A stretch of DNA of 64,000 nucleotides, from NCBI GenBank assembly GCA_035534575.1, contig DATLRT010000018.1:1316-65315 (forward strand), read 5' to 3'. The DNA is from Candidatus Acidiferrales bacterium. Lineage in GTDB: Archaea; Micrarchaeota; Micrarchaeia; Micrarchaeales; Micrarchaeaceae. How positions within the stretch are numbered: position 1 is the stretch's first letter; each line of letters begins with the position of its first letter. The translations under genes and the position numbers were made by a program. The notes beneath the pieces were generated by a model, which ran no database searches, was not told the DNA's origin, and saw nothing but the letters and a program-made list of their open reading frames with translations. Below, in pieces: positions 27,470 to 37,640 of this stretch.

Positions 27470-28078
27470 ATGGACTGGACAACGCTTGCGAATGACGAGA
27501 CCGTGGAGAGGACGGCAAAGGCACTCACAGAGAGGGGTATAGAGACGATAATAGTGGAAACTGGAGAGGAGGCGAGACAAAAGGTCCTTGAGCTGATTCC
27601 AAAGAAGTCGGAGGTCATGCACGTCTCATCAACGACACTTGCTGAGATAGGGGTGAGCAAGGAGATAGACGAGAGCGGGGAGTTTGATTCGCTGAGGAAG
27701 AGGATAATGGCGATAACTGACTCGGCCGAGAGGAACGAGTTCAGGAGGAAGACCCTGAGCCCAGAGTATGGGATAGGAAGCGTACAGGCCATTACTGAGG
27801 ACGGGCAGGTGGTGGTAGCATCGGCGAGCGGCAGCCAGCTGCCGGTATATGCTTACGGCGCCACGAAGCTCATCTGGGTAGTAGGCACTCAGAAGATAGT
27901 CAAAGACATGGAGACGGCGATGAAAAGGATATACGAGCACACGCTGGAACTGGAGAGCGAGAGGGTGAAGGTCGCCTACGGAATGGCCAGGAGCAGCGTG
28001 AACAAGATATTGATATTCGAGAGGGAGAAACCGGGAAGGATAACCCTTATCTTCGTGAAGCAGAAGCTCGGGTTCTGA
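27470..28078 (+). CDS. LUD (lactate-utilisation B/C-like, DUF162) domain protein
   Basis: MDWTTLANDETVERTAKALTERGIETIIVETGEEA...VVGTQKIV pattern. ATG 27470 follows the CCTTAAATACC box; the ORF-track start 27434 is TTG. Confidence 0.65.
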   Translation: MDWTTLANDETVERTAKALTERGIETIIVETGEEARQKVLELIPKKSEVMHVSSTTLAEIGVSKEIDESGEFDSLRKRIMAITDSAERNEFRRKTLSPEYGIGSVQAITEDGQVVVASASGSQLPVYAYGATKLIWVVGTQKIVKDMETAMKRIYEHTLELESERVKVAYGMARSSVNKILIFEREKPGRITLIFVKQKLGF

Positions 28079-28135
28079 GCCTTGCAGACCACCCATTTGG
28101 ATATATTTTTATACCTTAGGGTTGCACTATAAAGT

Positions 28136-29218
28136 ATGGACATCGTAGCCGCGTTTAAAGAGGCAGTACAGGGCGCACTGCATCCGAGGGAGAATACCGC
28201 GAAAAGAAGCGTGCGCGAATCGCTCTTGCTCTATTACAATGCCTCCATAATACCGCTGATAATAGCGATAGCCATAGGCGTGGTAGGTTATTTTGCGTTT
28301 GGCAACGCCATAGCCACAACAACCACCCCAGGTTTTGCCTTCTACAGGTTATTTGCGAGGTTGGGGATAGCGGGCATTGCGGTTGCACTGCCCGTTCTTG
28401 AGATGCTCGTGTTCATGCCGCTCTCAATACTGATAAGCTCGGCGATTTACCAGCTCTTTGCGAAAAGGCTGCTCAAGATGTGGCCCGGGGACTATTCCAA
28501 AACAGCAGCGGCAATAACGTTTGGAGTCATGCCCGGAGTGCTCCTGTTCGGACTGACTGAAATTGCGATCCTGTCGACTTCTTACTCGCTCTTTATAATA
28601 GCTACCGCGATTACAGCGCTCTGGTCCATAATCGTGATTGTAGTATCAATATCGGCACAGCACAAGATAAGCGTAGGAAAGGCGTTCGGAGGCTGGCTGG
28701 TCTCGATAGTTCTATTATGGATAATAGCGGTAGTGATTGCGGTGGCGGCAGTGGCGCTTGCGTTCTCTATAGGCGCGTTCAATGTGGGCCAGACGCCAAC
28801 CGGAAGCGGAGGTAGCCATCTAGCAGGCTCACAATGCATAGCCGCATCGGGGTATGTGTGCAATGCAGCCAACTTGACTACGCTTGGCACCCTGAGATTC
28901 AATTTCATCCAGAATACAGGGCTTACAGTGTACAATGCAGTGCTGAGCGTAACGCCGCAGAATGCAACGTTAGGCGCCAACGGCTTTCCAATCAACCCGG
29001 CCACATATCAGGCAGGAACGCTTTACTCAGGCAGTGTCACACACGTGGCAATGCCGGCAAGGTATCCTCCGCTGCCGCAAGTTTGTGCTACATGCTCGGC
29101 GCCGCTGAATGCTGGCGTGCCGTTGCTTGAGTATATCTGGCTCAATTACTCTACAACCCCTGGAGGACCGTCAAACCTTGCGGTCAAGGTAGCGACAATA
29201 AGCGTAAAGGCTTCATGA
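28136..29218 (+). CDS. polytopic membrane protein (Yip1-like N-terminal region) with Cys-containing extracellular C-terminal domain
   Basis: Five or more TM helices, then a ~150-aa domain with CIAASGYVC and CATC. Confidence 0.6.
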   Translation: MDIVAAFKEAVQGALHPRENTAKRSVRESLLLYYNASIIPLIIAIAIGVVGYFAFGNAIATTTTPGFAFYRLFARLGIAGIAVALPVLEMLVFMPLSILISSAIYQLFAKRLLKMWPGDYSKTAAAITFGVMPGVLLFGLTEIAILSTSYSLFIIATAITALWSIIVIVVSISAQHKISVGKAFGGWLVSIVLLWIIAVVIAVAAVALAFSIGAFNVGQTPTGSGGSHLAGSQCIAASGYVCNAANLTTLGTLRFNFIQNTGLTVYNAVLSVTPQNATLGANGFPINPATYQAGTLYSGSVTHVAMPARYPPLPQVCATCSAPLNAGVPLLEYIWLNYSTTPGGPSNLAVKVATISVKAS

Positions 29219-29740
29219 TAGGCCGAACTTCTTCTTGACCCTGTTGACCTTGGGTCTTGTGACGAAGATGCAGTAGGGATTGATAGGATTCTTCTTGTAA
29301 AAGTCCTTGTGGTAGTCCTCAGCAGGATAGAAAGCCTCAAGCTTCTTCACTTCGGTCACAATAGGCTTGCTAAAGTTCTTCTGCTGTGCAGAGAAGAAAT
29401 CGATTATGATCTGCTTCTGTGAATCGGTATTATATAGGATTATCGACCGGTATTCATTGCCCACATCCGCATCCTGCCTGTTGAGCAATGTGGGGTCGTG
29501 CATTGTGAAGAATATGTCTAGCAGTTTCTCAAGAGGGGCGACATCAGGGTCGTACTCAATCTTCAGTACCTCAGCATGGCCAGTGTCCCCGCCGCATACG
29601 TCTTCGTAAGTGGGGTTTTTCATCTGGCCTCCGGCATATCCGGGCGTAGTCTTAGTCACACCCTTGAACATCGAGAACACCGCCTCGGTGCACCAGAAGC
29701 ACCCGCCCCCGAATACTATGCTCTGAGTCTCACTTGCCAT
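29213..29740 (-). CDS. msrA: peptide methionine (S)-sulfoxide reductase MsrA
   Basis: Active-site GGGCFWCTEAVF and HDPT block. Confidence 0.93.
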   Translation of the reverse strand: MASETQSIVFGGGCFWCTEAVFSMFKGVTKTTPGYAGGQMKNPTYEDVCGGDTGHAEVLKIEYDPDVAPLEKLLDIFFTMHDPTLLNRQDADVGNEYRSIILYNTDSQKQIIIDFFSAQQKNFSKPIVTEVKKLEAFYPAEDYHKDFYKKNPINPYCIFVTRPKVNRVKKKFGLS

Positions 29741-30119
29741 CCTTGCTCTCCTCCTTTGGTATAAACTTCATCGATATTGAGTTGATACAGTACCTGACAT
29801 TTTTCTTAGTGAAGCCCTCGCCAAGGAACACGTGCCCCAAGTGTGCGCCGCAGTTTGTGCACTCTACCTCTATGCGCTCCCCGTCAGGATCCGGAATCCT
29901 CTTTACCGCCCCCTTTATCTCATCGTCAAAGCTGGGCCAGCCGCACTGCGCGTCAAACTTGTCCTCTGACTTGTAGAGCGCTGCGCCGCAGCGCTTGCAT
30001 ATGTAAGTGCCAGACTTGGAGAATCGCTCGTACTCGCCACTGAAAGGTGCCTCGGTGCCCTTGTGGACGATTACACGTTCCTCTTCAGGAGTAAGTTTGT
30101 TCCACTGCTTCTTTTCCAT
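29730..30119 (-). CDS. msrB: peptide methionine (R)-sulfoxide reductase MsrB
   Basis: CxxC pairs CKRCG/CTNCG, GWPSF, HLGHVF. Overlaps msrA by 11 nt. Confidence 0.93.
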   Translation of the reverse strand: MEKKQWNKLTPEEERVIVHKGTEAPFSGEYERFSKSGTYICKRCGAALYKSEDKFDAQCGWPSFDDEIKGAVKRIPDPDGERIEVECTNCGAHLGHVFLGEGFTKKNVRYCINSISMKFIPKEESKDGK

Positions 30120-30187
30120 GCAACCACACCATAGGAGATTCTGTTCCTAAATTAATAATACTTTCCGGCTGGCTGAAAAAGATGTGG

Positions 30188-30817
30188 CTAACTCCTGAAC
30201 CCGGCCCAAAGCAGGAGTATGCCGATGAATTCCGAGTAGTACAGAAGTGAGGGAAACGAGCCTATGTACAGCGTGCCTGCGACGCTCACCACTATGACTC
30301 CGGCGATTATGCTGAGCAGCTTGATCTTCCTCGTGCGCTTGAAACCTACCGCAGCGACTCCGATGATTACGATAGCTGCTGGGAACGTAGCAAGTGAGGA
30401 TGCGTATATAACGAGGGCAGGTGGAAGTCCTCCGACAACATAGCCGGTTATAAGGTTCCCCGCATTGCTCGCAAGCAATGAGTATGCAGTAAGGGCTGCG
30501 CCAAGTATGGCCAGCACGTAGTAGGCTTTTACAATCAACTTGGATTTCACCAATTGAATAGAGCCCAAGGCAAGAAGCTCCACCAGAATGGCGACTAGGA
30601 ATAGGTAAGAGTTAATCAGCAATCCACTGTAAACGTTTAGCGCAAAGAGCAGTTCGAGGAAAACGGTAAAGGCAAAGACCCACAGCCCAAGGCTCCAGAA
30701 GAGCTTGCTCCTGTCTCTCTTGCGCATGTAGCCCCTGGTCATCAGAACGGCAAGACCCAGCGCCAAAATGCAGGTAGATACGGTTGCGACCAAGGCCGCA
30801 AACTGGCCGTTGAACAT
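30188..30817 (-). CDS. integral membrane protein (209 aa)
   Basis: Six or seven predicted TM helices; no named motif. Confidence 0.6.
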   Translation of the reverse strand: MFNGQFAALVATVSTCILALGLAVLMTRGYMRKRDRSKLFWSLGLWVFAFTVFLELLFALNVYSGLLINSYLFLVAILVELLALGSIQLVKSKLIVKAYYVLAILGAALTAYSLLASNAGNLITGYVVGGLPPALVIYASSLATFPAAIVIIGVAAVGFKRTRKIKLLSIIAGVIVVSVAGTLYIGSFPSLLYYSEFIGILLLWAGFRS

Positions 30818-30867
30818 GCCAATATATTGATACCATCATTTAAAAGGATTTTCAAGCTGGTCTTGCA

Positions 30868-31278
30868 TCAGTATAGCTTCTCCAGTTTCGAGCCCTTGTC
30901 GTACAGCATCAGGACCAGCCCTGCAAGGATTATGTAGATGTAGGTCGCAACGGAGGCAAGCCTGCTGATATCGTAGCCGGAGAAGTTAAGGTTCGCGGCG
31001 AGAGGCGCTGTAGTCACGCCGGGAATGGCTATGACTCCGGCAAGCAGGAACAGCGCCAAGTTGAAAGCCGAGAAGGCGACTGCAAGTATGTACCACCTCT
31101 TCAGGCCCAGCATGAAGGTAACTGCGAGCACGGCGTACACGATAACCTCGACGTTGAACCAGTATTGGCCAAGCGCGCTGCCGCTAGGGCTGGAGAAGAT
31201 GTGTGCCGCCGCTGCGGCGACCGCAGAGATGACGAGCGAGAATCGGAATAGTCCTACATTGTTGGGCACGTACACCAT
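30868..31278 (-). CDS. integral membrane protein (136 aa)
   Basis: Four hydrophobic helices. Confidence 0.55.
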   Translation of the reverse strand: MVYVPNNVGLFRFSLVISAVAAAAAHIFSSPSGSALGQYWFNVEVIVYAVLAVTFMLGLKRWYILAVAFSAFNLALFLLAGVIAIPGVTTAPLAANLNFSGYDISRLASVATYIYIILAGLVLMLYDKGSKLEKLY

Positions 31279-31344
31279 CTTGGGTAGCTAATCTTTTATA
31301 TCCGACACTCTGCCATACATTGGAATCAGCCTAATAACCCATTT

Positions 31345-32151
31345 TTATGGGTTGCCGTAATCATATACATAGTTCAGCCCGTCAAGATTTGATGCGATGC
31401 ATTTGTAGCCCATCTTGCATAAAAAATCATCGATACGTGAAGCTGATTGGGAGTTTGTATCTAGGATTTCTAGGATTATTCGCGGATGATATTTAGCGAT
31501 AGTTCTGTGTGCACCTTGAAGTACTTCGTATTCATGCCCTTCCACATCTATTTTTATCAAGTCCGGTGCAAGGTTAAATGAGTCTAACGTGGCTGTTCTT
31601 ATCGTAACAGGTGTTTCAGTTTTTTCATCCATTGATGAGTGACCGACATGAACCTTATTGAGGTATAATACAGATCTGCCGTTTTTAGAGGATAGTGCGA
31701 GTTCATGCGCATTTATCTTTTTGACACATCCGTTCTTGATGATATTGCATTTGAACAACTTAAAAATGTCTGGATTGGGTTCAAATGCAATAGTCTTATT
31801 CCCTTTTAGCGCCATGTTTATGGAGTATTTGCCCACATTGGAACCGGCATCGACGAATACTGCCCCTTTTCTCAGATTAAAAAATGGCTCTGACTCCGGC
31901 TCTACTTGTTCGGATACCATATAGACGCCCCACCAATTTCTGCCTACTTCAAATTTGCCAAACTTGTTTTGTATTTTAATACTTGAACGAAGATCACGAG
32001 AGAATAACCCGTTTTTGACATAGTCTAATATAAAATAGGGGCTGCACATGTAGGCAAGGTACTCTGCTAACGCATCATAGCTTCCTTTGTCTGCAACCTC
32101 ATTTAAAAATCCAATGGTTAGTTTTATGTTGTGTAGATGATTCTTCAACAT
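31345..32151 (-). CDS. FkbM-family methyltransferase
   Basis: SAM motif VFVDAGSNVGKYS, IKIDVEGHEYEVL block. AT-rich codon use. First ATG is at 32151. Confidence 0.8.
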   Translation of the reverse strand: MLKNHLHNIKLTIGFLNEVADKGSYDALAEYLAYMCSPYFILDYVKNGLFSRDLRSSIKIQNKFGKFEVGRNWWGVYMVSEQVEPESEPFFNLRKGAVFVDAGSNVGKYSINMALKGNKTIAFEPNPDIFKLFKCNIIKNGCVKKINAHELALSSKNGRSVLYLNKVHVGHSSMDEKTETPVTIRTATLDSFNLAPDLIKIDVEGHEYEVLQGAHRTIAKYHPRIILEILDTNSQSASRIDDFLCKMGYKCIASNLDGLNYVYDYGNP

Positions 32152-32219
32152 ATGTAGGATATTGTTGCCCAACCCATAACCTCGCGCATGTTGACTTTGG
32201 ATAAAATACAGGATTTCTA

Positions 32220-33188
32220 TCAGCTAAGAGAAATAGCGACCCGTTTATCGTTATAATAGGAGATTAACCGGATTAGCCCGTCCCTCAAAGATACGGTAGG
32301 AGCCCAATCCAAAAGGGTCTTGGCTTTACTATTGTCTCCTATAAGGTATTTTGCATCAAGGGGCCTTTTTGGGGTTGAGTTCCAGTTTATCGTTCCCTTG
32401 AAGCCCGTTAGTTCTGCAATGAGCATGGCTGTTTCTTGGGTGGTGCAGTTATCATCACTACAAAGTTGTATAGTTTGGGCTATCGCCTTTGGATTATCAA
32501 GTGCCTTAAGGTATCCATTGACGTGGTCATCAACATATAACCAATTTCTGGTAGTGCTAGGGTCACCGAGGGACACTTTACCCCCAGCAAGCATCTGGGT
32601 TATGGTGCGTTCTATGAAAAAATGGTTATTAGATTTTCGCCCGTATGAATTGAATGGTCTTAGCACAGTATAGGGAAAATTATAGGCCATCCACATGTAT
32701 TTTAGATACAGCTCTGACGACACTTTTGCTATTGCATAAGGGCTGTTAGGTTCCAATTTCGAGTCTTCGTTTAGTTTATCCCTGTTGTTTTGGAGAGTCA
32801 TTCCGAATTCCTCGCTGCTTCCCGCAAATATAAATTGCTTGAAGCTCGGAACTTCCCTATAGCATGCTTCAGCCAAGTTTATAGTCCCTAAATAATCCAC
32901 CTCGCTAACCTCAAGAAAATGGTCGTAGCTGAACGAAACTGCGCTTATTGCACCTAGATGTATGCAAAATTCTGGTTGGACTTGCCTAACTATATTTTTT
33001 AGGGAGGGATAATCAGTTAAGTTTCCATAGTGCTTGATTGCGTTATTATTGTCAAGAGTATAGCGGCTTGTCACATATCGTTCTAGTAAATGCACTTCGT
33101 ATCCGAGCGCTATGAGTTTTGGGACTAGCTCGGAGCCTATGAAACCTGTACTTCCTGTCAAGAGTATTCTTTTTATTTTATCATCCAT
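32220..33188 (-). CDS. NAD-dependent sugar epimerase/dehydratase (SDR extended family)
   Basis: Rossmann ILLTGSTGFIGSEL and catalytic YAIAK. I start at ATG 33188 (MDDKIKR); the ORF-track extension to 33308 is unlikely. Confidence 0.85.
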   Translation of the reverse strand: MDDKIKRILLTGSTGFIGSELVPKLIALGYEVHLLERYVTSRYTLDNNNAIKHYGNLTDYPSLKNIVRQVQPEFCIHLGAISAVSFSYDHFLEVSEVDYLGTINLAEACYREVPSFKQFIFAGSSEEFGMTLQNNRDKLNEDSKLEPNSPYAIAKVSSELYLKYMWMAYNFPYTVLRPFNSYGRKSNNHFFIERTITQMLAGGKVSLGDPSTTRNWLYVDDHVNGYLKALDNPKAIAQTIQLCSDDNCTTQETAMLIAELTGFKGTINWNSTPKRPLDAKYLIGDNSKAKTLLDWAPTVSLRDGLIRLISYYNDKRVAISLS

Positions 33189-33310
33189 CGGATAAGTTTG
33201 CTCCCTTTTTGCTTCAACATTTAGATTCCGAAATGCCTCATTTGTACCTTGGATTAGGGGCCCCATTTGGATACGAGTATTAATTGAAAGGTATATTTTT
33301 ATATACATAG

Positions 33311-33336
33311 TATATTTTTAGTAAACTAAAATATAT
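33311..33336. promoter_or_regulatory. imperfect palindrome in the divergent epimerase/regulator promoter
   Basis: TATATTTTTAG-N4-CTAAAATATAT (one-base asymmetry) between two divergent starts. Confidence 0.3.
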
Positions 33337-33356
33337 GGTATTTCGTAGATTCTACC

Positions 33357-33620
33357 ATGAAAAAGGACAGGATTGACATACTCAAGCCGTACTTTTTGGA
33401 TATACTGAAGGTACTGAATGAGGGGCCAAAACGTTATACGGATCTTATGGCTTACGTCAGAAACAAGCGCACATTGTCACAAAAGCTAACAAAATTGCAG
33501 GATTACGGGTTGGTGGACATTTCACATACAAAGGTGGGTGAAGGGTATGTGAACTTCTATCAGATAAGCAGAAGGGGTAGGGGAGTGTTGAAGGCGATAT
33601 TAAAGATTGACATCGGGTAG
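33357..33620 (+). CDS. small winged-helix transcriptional regulator
   Basis: 87 aa: ILKVLNEGPKRYTDLMAYV...LTKLQDYGLVD...YQISRRGRGVL. Confidence 0.65.
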   Translation: MKKDRIDILKPYFLDILKVLNEGPKRYTDLMAYVRNKRTLSQKLTKLQDYGLVDISHTKVGEGYVNFYQISRRGRGVLKAILKIDIG

Positions 33621-33656
33621 GATTAATTAGCCAATATGCCCTAGGATGGCCGTAAA

Positions 33657-33728
<72 letters not shown>

Positions 33729-33755
33729 GCATATGAGCTTTGTACTTACCAGTAT

Positions 33756-35345
33756 TTATCTTTTTATGAATATGCCGCTGTACCTTATGAAGCCGTCAAG
33801 CGGAGGGCCAAGGAACGAGAGCCTCTTCCCTATCTTTGATATGAACTCAAGGTTCTTCCTGGTTGCCGCACCGAAGAGCGCCAGCAGCGCTGGATAGAGC
33901 ACAAGCGCCACGGCTATGTTGACAACCAGAGCGAGCCTGCTTTGGGCTAGGGCGAATGATATCCCGTATAGCACGCCAAGCAACGCAAGGGATGCGAGCG
34001 ACACCAGTACCAGATTCCTGTACTTGTGCGACAGGCTGAACTGGCTCTGAAGCGCCCTTATGTAAATTATGTCAAGCACTATCGGGGTTATGACGAACAG
34101 TGACAGTACGACTCCCGCTCCCTTGAACATCGGCGTTAGCACGACCAGCAGTATTAGCTGTATTACCACCGCGCTGACCTGGTAAAGCATGAACTTCTTG
34201 CTGTTGCCGAAGCCGAGTATGAGCGTGCCTGCGTAAGTGCCTATCAGCCCGACGCCCATGCCCGCTATCATTATTGCAAAGTAGATTGGTGCTAGGCCGT
34301 ACGCGGGGAAGAGCAGGTTGATGAGCGGCTTTGATACCGATATCGCGTATGCCAGCACAGGGAAGAGCAACAGGCCGGTGTAGTAGAGGCTGTTGTTGTA
34401 TATCGCGCCTATCTTCTTGGCGGTTGACTGCTTCGTGAGCGCCCTTGAGAACGCGGGGAGCAGTATGAGCGCTATGTCTGTGATGGTGAGCTCGACAAAC
34501 CGAGCCAGCTTGTAAGCGGCGCCGTAGTTGCCTACTATTGATGCCGCCACAAAAATTCCCAAGAAGAGCACTGCGAAGTTGGTGGCGCCGTTCATGGCGA
34601 CGTGCGACGCAACCACGGGCATGGAGAACGAGGTGAGCTTCTTCGAGTCGGCCATGTTGGGCCTTGCGATGCCGTACCCGCCCTTGAACACCAGATAAGC
34701 CACACCAACCAGCCCTCCCGCGAGCATGCCGAGCAGGTATCCGAGTATGGCGCCCATTATGCCGAAGCCCAGCAGGACCAGACCCACCGAGAAAACGAGG
34801 CTGAAGAACGAGTATATCGTGTTGCTTATCGCCGCCTCCTTCACCAGACCAACGCCAACCAGCGCGGCGAGCGAGAGATTGTACAGCACGGCGAACAGCT
34901 CCGCCGCAGAGCCGAGCTGCAGCGGCAGCGTGAGCGCGGCGTTGTGATATACGTTGACCGCAAGGTAGCCGCTGAACAGAATACCCAGAATCGCGATTAT
35001 CAGCCCTATCGAGAGCGAGATTAGGTATCCGCTGCTAAGCATGGTGCGTATCTTTCCCGCGCCCTTTAGCTCGGGTAGCATCTTCCTCAGCGCCGTGCCG
35101 ACGCCGAAGTTGCTGCCTATGCCCAGCAGGGTTGAGAAGGCGATGACTATGCTGTAAAGCCCGAAGTCGGAGGGCATCAGCATGCTTGCAAGTATGATCA
35201 GCATGAGAAGGGTAAGCAGAGATGTGAGCACGTCGCCGATCACGTATATCGCGCCGCGCTTTGCCGTGGTAAGCGCGAGCTCCTCAACCTCCGATGATGT
35301 CTTGGCCGCCTCCATCTTCTGCGCGCTGGAGAGTTTTGAGGCCAT
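33756..35345 (-). CDS. polysaccharide/oligosaccharide flippase (MOP/Wzx-like)
   Basis: 529 aa with ~14 TM helices and a typical N-terminal KRGAIYVIGDVLTSLL region. Confidence 0.75.
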   Translation of the reverse strand: MASKLSSAQKMEAAKTSSEVEELALTTAKRGAIYVIGDVLTSLLTLLMLIILASMLMPSDFGLYSIVIAFSTLLGIGSNFGVGTALRKMLPELKGAGKIRTMLSSGYLISLSIGLIIAILGILFSGYLAVNVYHNAALTLPLQLGSAAELFAVLYNLSLAALVGVGLVKEAAISNTIYSFFSLVFSVGLVLLGFGIMGAILGYLLGMLAGGLVGVAYLVFKGGYGIARPNMADSKKLTSFSMPVVASHVAMNGATNFAVLFLGIFVAASIVGNYGAAYKLARFVELTITDIALILLPAFSRALTKQSTAKKIGAIYNNSLYYTGLLLFPVLAYAISVSKPLINLLFPAYGLAPIYFAIMIAGMGVGLIGTYAGTLILGFGNSKKFMLYQVSAVVIQLILLVVLTPMFKGAGVVLSLFVITPIVLDIIYIRALQSQFSLSHKYRNLVLVSLASLALLGVLYGISFALAQSRLALVVNIAVALVLYPALLALFGAATRKNLEFISKIGKRLSFLGPPLDGFIRYSGIFIKR

Positions 35346-35379
35346 GATTTCATTCCTTGGGCTTTTGTAGCTTGTTGCC

Positions 35380-35691
35380 TTAGCGTGTAGGAAGCAGCCT
35401 TATGTAAATCCCGCCCTTCATCCTTAGCTCGGCTGCAAAGTCAATCCTCAGGATCTTCCCGATGTCAGCCCGCTCGCCCTCGAACTTTATGACTCTCATG
35501 CGGATGGCCTTGATGTCGGTGCCGTAAAGCTTGATATGTTCCCTGGATGGATCGAACCTAACTCGCTTCGGCCCGTTTATGATCTCCAGATTAAGTTCAG
35601 GTGCAGTTTTCACCACCTTTTCGGAGACGGAGTCCAGCACCTTTGGATTGTAGCTCAAAATTTGCATCTTTGCCTTCATCTTCTCACCCAA
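35380..35691 (-). CDS. S10/NusE-fold-like small protein (divergent)
   Basis: KAKMQILSYNPKVLDSVSEKVVKTAPELNLEIINGP parallels the S10 N-terminus (KARIKL.S.N...L..V...I...A......GP). It lacks the long S10 hairpin and the HKRLID block. Confidence 0.45.
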   Translation of the reverse strand: MGEKMKAKMQILSYNPKVLDSVSEKVVKTAPELNLEIINGPKRVRFDPSREHIKLYGTDIKAIRMRVIKFEGERADIGKILRIDFAAELRMKGGIYIRLLPTR

Positions 35692-35694
35692 ACC

Positions 35695-36828
35695 TCAATC
35701 GCTCACTATGAACTTGCTCAGCTTCTCCCTCGCCCTCTCCTTCCTTCTCTGGTGGTCCCTCAGGAACTTGTTTATCGTCGCCGCGAGAGCCTGCTTGTGC
35801 TCCCCCGCAAGCATAGTGCCGTTGCGCTCTGCCTTGAATATCGCCTCCAGCTTCTTGTCGTTCGGCTCGAAGAAGTACCTGTAGTACTGGCAGACCATGC
35901 ACTTGTCCGGGTCCCCTCCGAATTTCTTCTGCAGCTCCGCGGTGGCCTGCTGGCCGGTGAGCGCCCTGTTGATCTTCTTCATCACCGCCTCGGGAGTATC
36001 GTCAAGGTATATCGTGTTGTTGGCCTCGCTTGATGACATCTTGGATGTGCCGTCGAGCCCGGGCAGGAACTTGGTGTATATTATCGCGGGCTTGTAGTAG
36101 CCGAGCTTGCCCAGCACGTCCCTCGCCACCCTGAAGTGGACGTCCTGGTCTATCGCGAGCGGAATCAAGCAGGGAACGTTGTGTCCCACCTCAACCGACT
36201 TGAGGAATGCCGGAACGGCCTGCATGGCGGTGTAGAAGATGAGCCCGATGTTGGACTCGTTGGTGAAGCCGAATGCGTCCTTCACGGTCGAAAACGTTAT
36301 GTGCTTCGCCACTTTCACCGCGTTCTTGTACATGGTGTTGGCGTAGTTAGTGTCGAAGAATATCTTCGTCTTAGTGGGCTTGAATCCCAGCGCTATGATG
36401 TCGAGCACGTTGTCGATTGCCATGTTGTGTATCTCCTCCATGGTCATGTCGCTGTCCTTTTTGGCCAGGTACTTTTCCTCGTCCGGTATCTGTATGTATA
36501 TCTCCACGCCGAACCTGTCCTGCAGCCACTTGGCGAACATGAACGGCATCAGGTGGCCGAGGTGCATCCCCTTGCTGGTCCCCCTTCCCGTGTACAGGTA
36601 GAAAGGATTGCCCTTCTCGTACTCGCTGAGTATCCAGTCGAGCTCCCTGTGCGCGAAGATGATGTTCCTCCTCAGGAGGAAATGCATGGGGCCGGTGTAC
36701 TTCTCCAGCCTCTTCCTCAATTCCTCATCAATCGGCTTCAATCCGTACTGCTTGGCGAACTGGTCGTAGTCTATCTTGCCCTCCACCTTGTATGCGTCAA
36801 CGTGGTAGCTCTCGGAAGGGGCAGGCAT
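35695..36828 (-). CDS. trpS: tryptophanyl-tRNA synthetase (archaeal/eukaryotic type)
   Basis: YTGRGTSKGMHLGHLMPFMFAKWLQD (HIGH region) and KMSSS. Confidence 0.9.
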   Translation of the reverse strand: MPAPSESYHVDAYKVEGKIDYDQFAKQYGLKPIDEELRKRLEKYTGPMHFLLRRNIIFAHRELDWILSEYEKGNPFYLYTGRGTSKGMHLGHLMPFMFAKWLQDRFGVEIYIQIPDEEKYLAKKDSDMTMEEIHNMAIDNVLDIIALGFKPTKTKIFFDTNYANTMYKNAVKVAKHITFSTVKDAFGFTNESNIGLIFYTAMQAVPAFLKSVEVGHNVPCLIPLAIDQDVHFRVARDVLGKLGYYKPAIIYTKFLPGLDGTSKMSSSEANNTIYLDDTPEAVMKKINRALTGQQATAELQKKFGGDPDKCMVCQYYRYFFEPNDKKLEAIFKAERNGTMLAGEHKQALAATINKFLRDHQRRKERAREKLSKFIVSD

Positions 36829-36858
36829 CGAATCTGTTATAGATGCAAATCAAGGCTT

Positions 36859-37506
36859 TTATTGCTTTGTTTGGGCGGGCTTCCAGAGTGACTTGAGGAA
36901 CTCCGGAATGCCGTGAAGCGACTGCACATTCCTGAAATCGCCCTTTATGGCGGCGTAGGCGTCGGGGTAAGTGGACTCCGCCTTGGCCATCAGGTACTCC
37001 ACCAGCTCGGTCTCCCTGAGATAGTTGTATACGTAGTGCTTGCCGATTTCCATCCTCCCCAACATCGGAAATATGAGCAGGGAGGGGAAGCTTGACTGCG
37101 GAACCATGCTGAGTATGTTGAGCTTCGGCTTCAGCCCGTCAGGCATCACGCTGATGAAGGGGGAGGGAGGCTTGTATATCTCCACGAACCCCTTGTTGGC
37201 GAGCTCGGAGTGCATCGCCTTGGCAAGCTCCCTGTCGTCTATGCAGTAGCGGGTCTTGTCCAGCTCGGCATCCGTCATGCCGCTCTTCTGCCCGGTGTTT
37301 TCCACCAGTATCTTCGAGAGATAGACCTGGTTGCGCTCCTTGAAATAAGACTCGATTGCAGCCTTCCTCTGGGTGCCGTTCAACGAGGTCCATGACTTGA
37401 AGTGGTCGAGCATCTCCGCAGGGGTCCTTAGCAGGCCCAGGGGCAGCTCCTTTTCGTGTGTCCTTAACGGTATTTTGCCGTTTGTCAATGCAACTGACGT
37501 ATCCAC
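36859..37506 (-). CDS. hypothetical protein (215 aa)
   Basis: Long ORF with typical codon use and a GTG start ~30 nt after GCCTTAAATACC. Confidence 0.6.
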   Translation of the reverse strand: MDTSVALTNGKIPLRTHEKELPLGLLRTPAEMLDHFKSWTSLNGTQRKAAIESYFKERNQVYLSKILVENTGQKSGMTDAELDKTRYCIDDRELAKAMHSELANKGFVEIYKPPSPFISVMPDGLKPKLNILSMVPQSSFPSLLIFPMLGRMEIGKHYVYNYLRETELVEYLMAKAESTYPDAYAAIKGDFRNVQSLHGIPEFLKSLWKPAQTKQ

Positions 37507-37599
37507 ATTCGTCGCCTTCAGTTATGTGAGCTCGTATGGTATTTAAGGCTTCCGAGGGGTGCGGTGGATAGACGAATATCGGGCGTCTGGGCACTCAAT

Positions 37600-37613
37600 G
37601 CTTAAATATAAGG
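37600..37613 (+). promoter_or_regulatory. BRE/TATA-like promoter box GCTTAAATATAAGG
   Basis: Identical 14-mer to 4861-4874(-), 28 nt upstream of ATG 37641. Confidence 0.5.
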
Positions 37614-37640
37614 AAAACCAGAAAGCAGTATTGGATAACT

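Noticed and set aside
31280-31345. Possible att-type duplication of the tRNA-Thr 3' end at the far border of the AT-rich glycosylation islet
   Set aside because: Only a 6-nt match (AGCCTA) was found, which is indistinguishable from chance.
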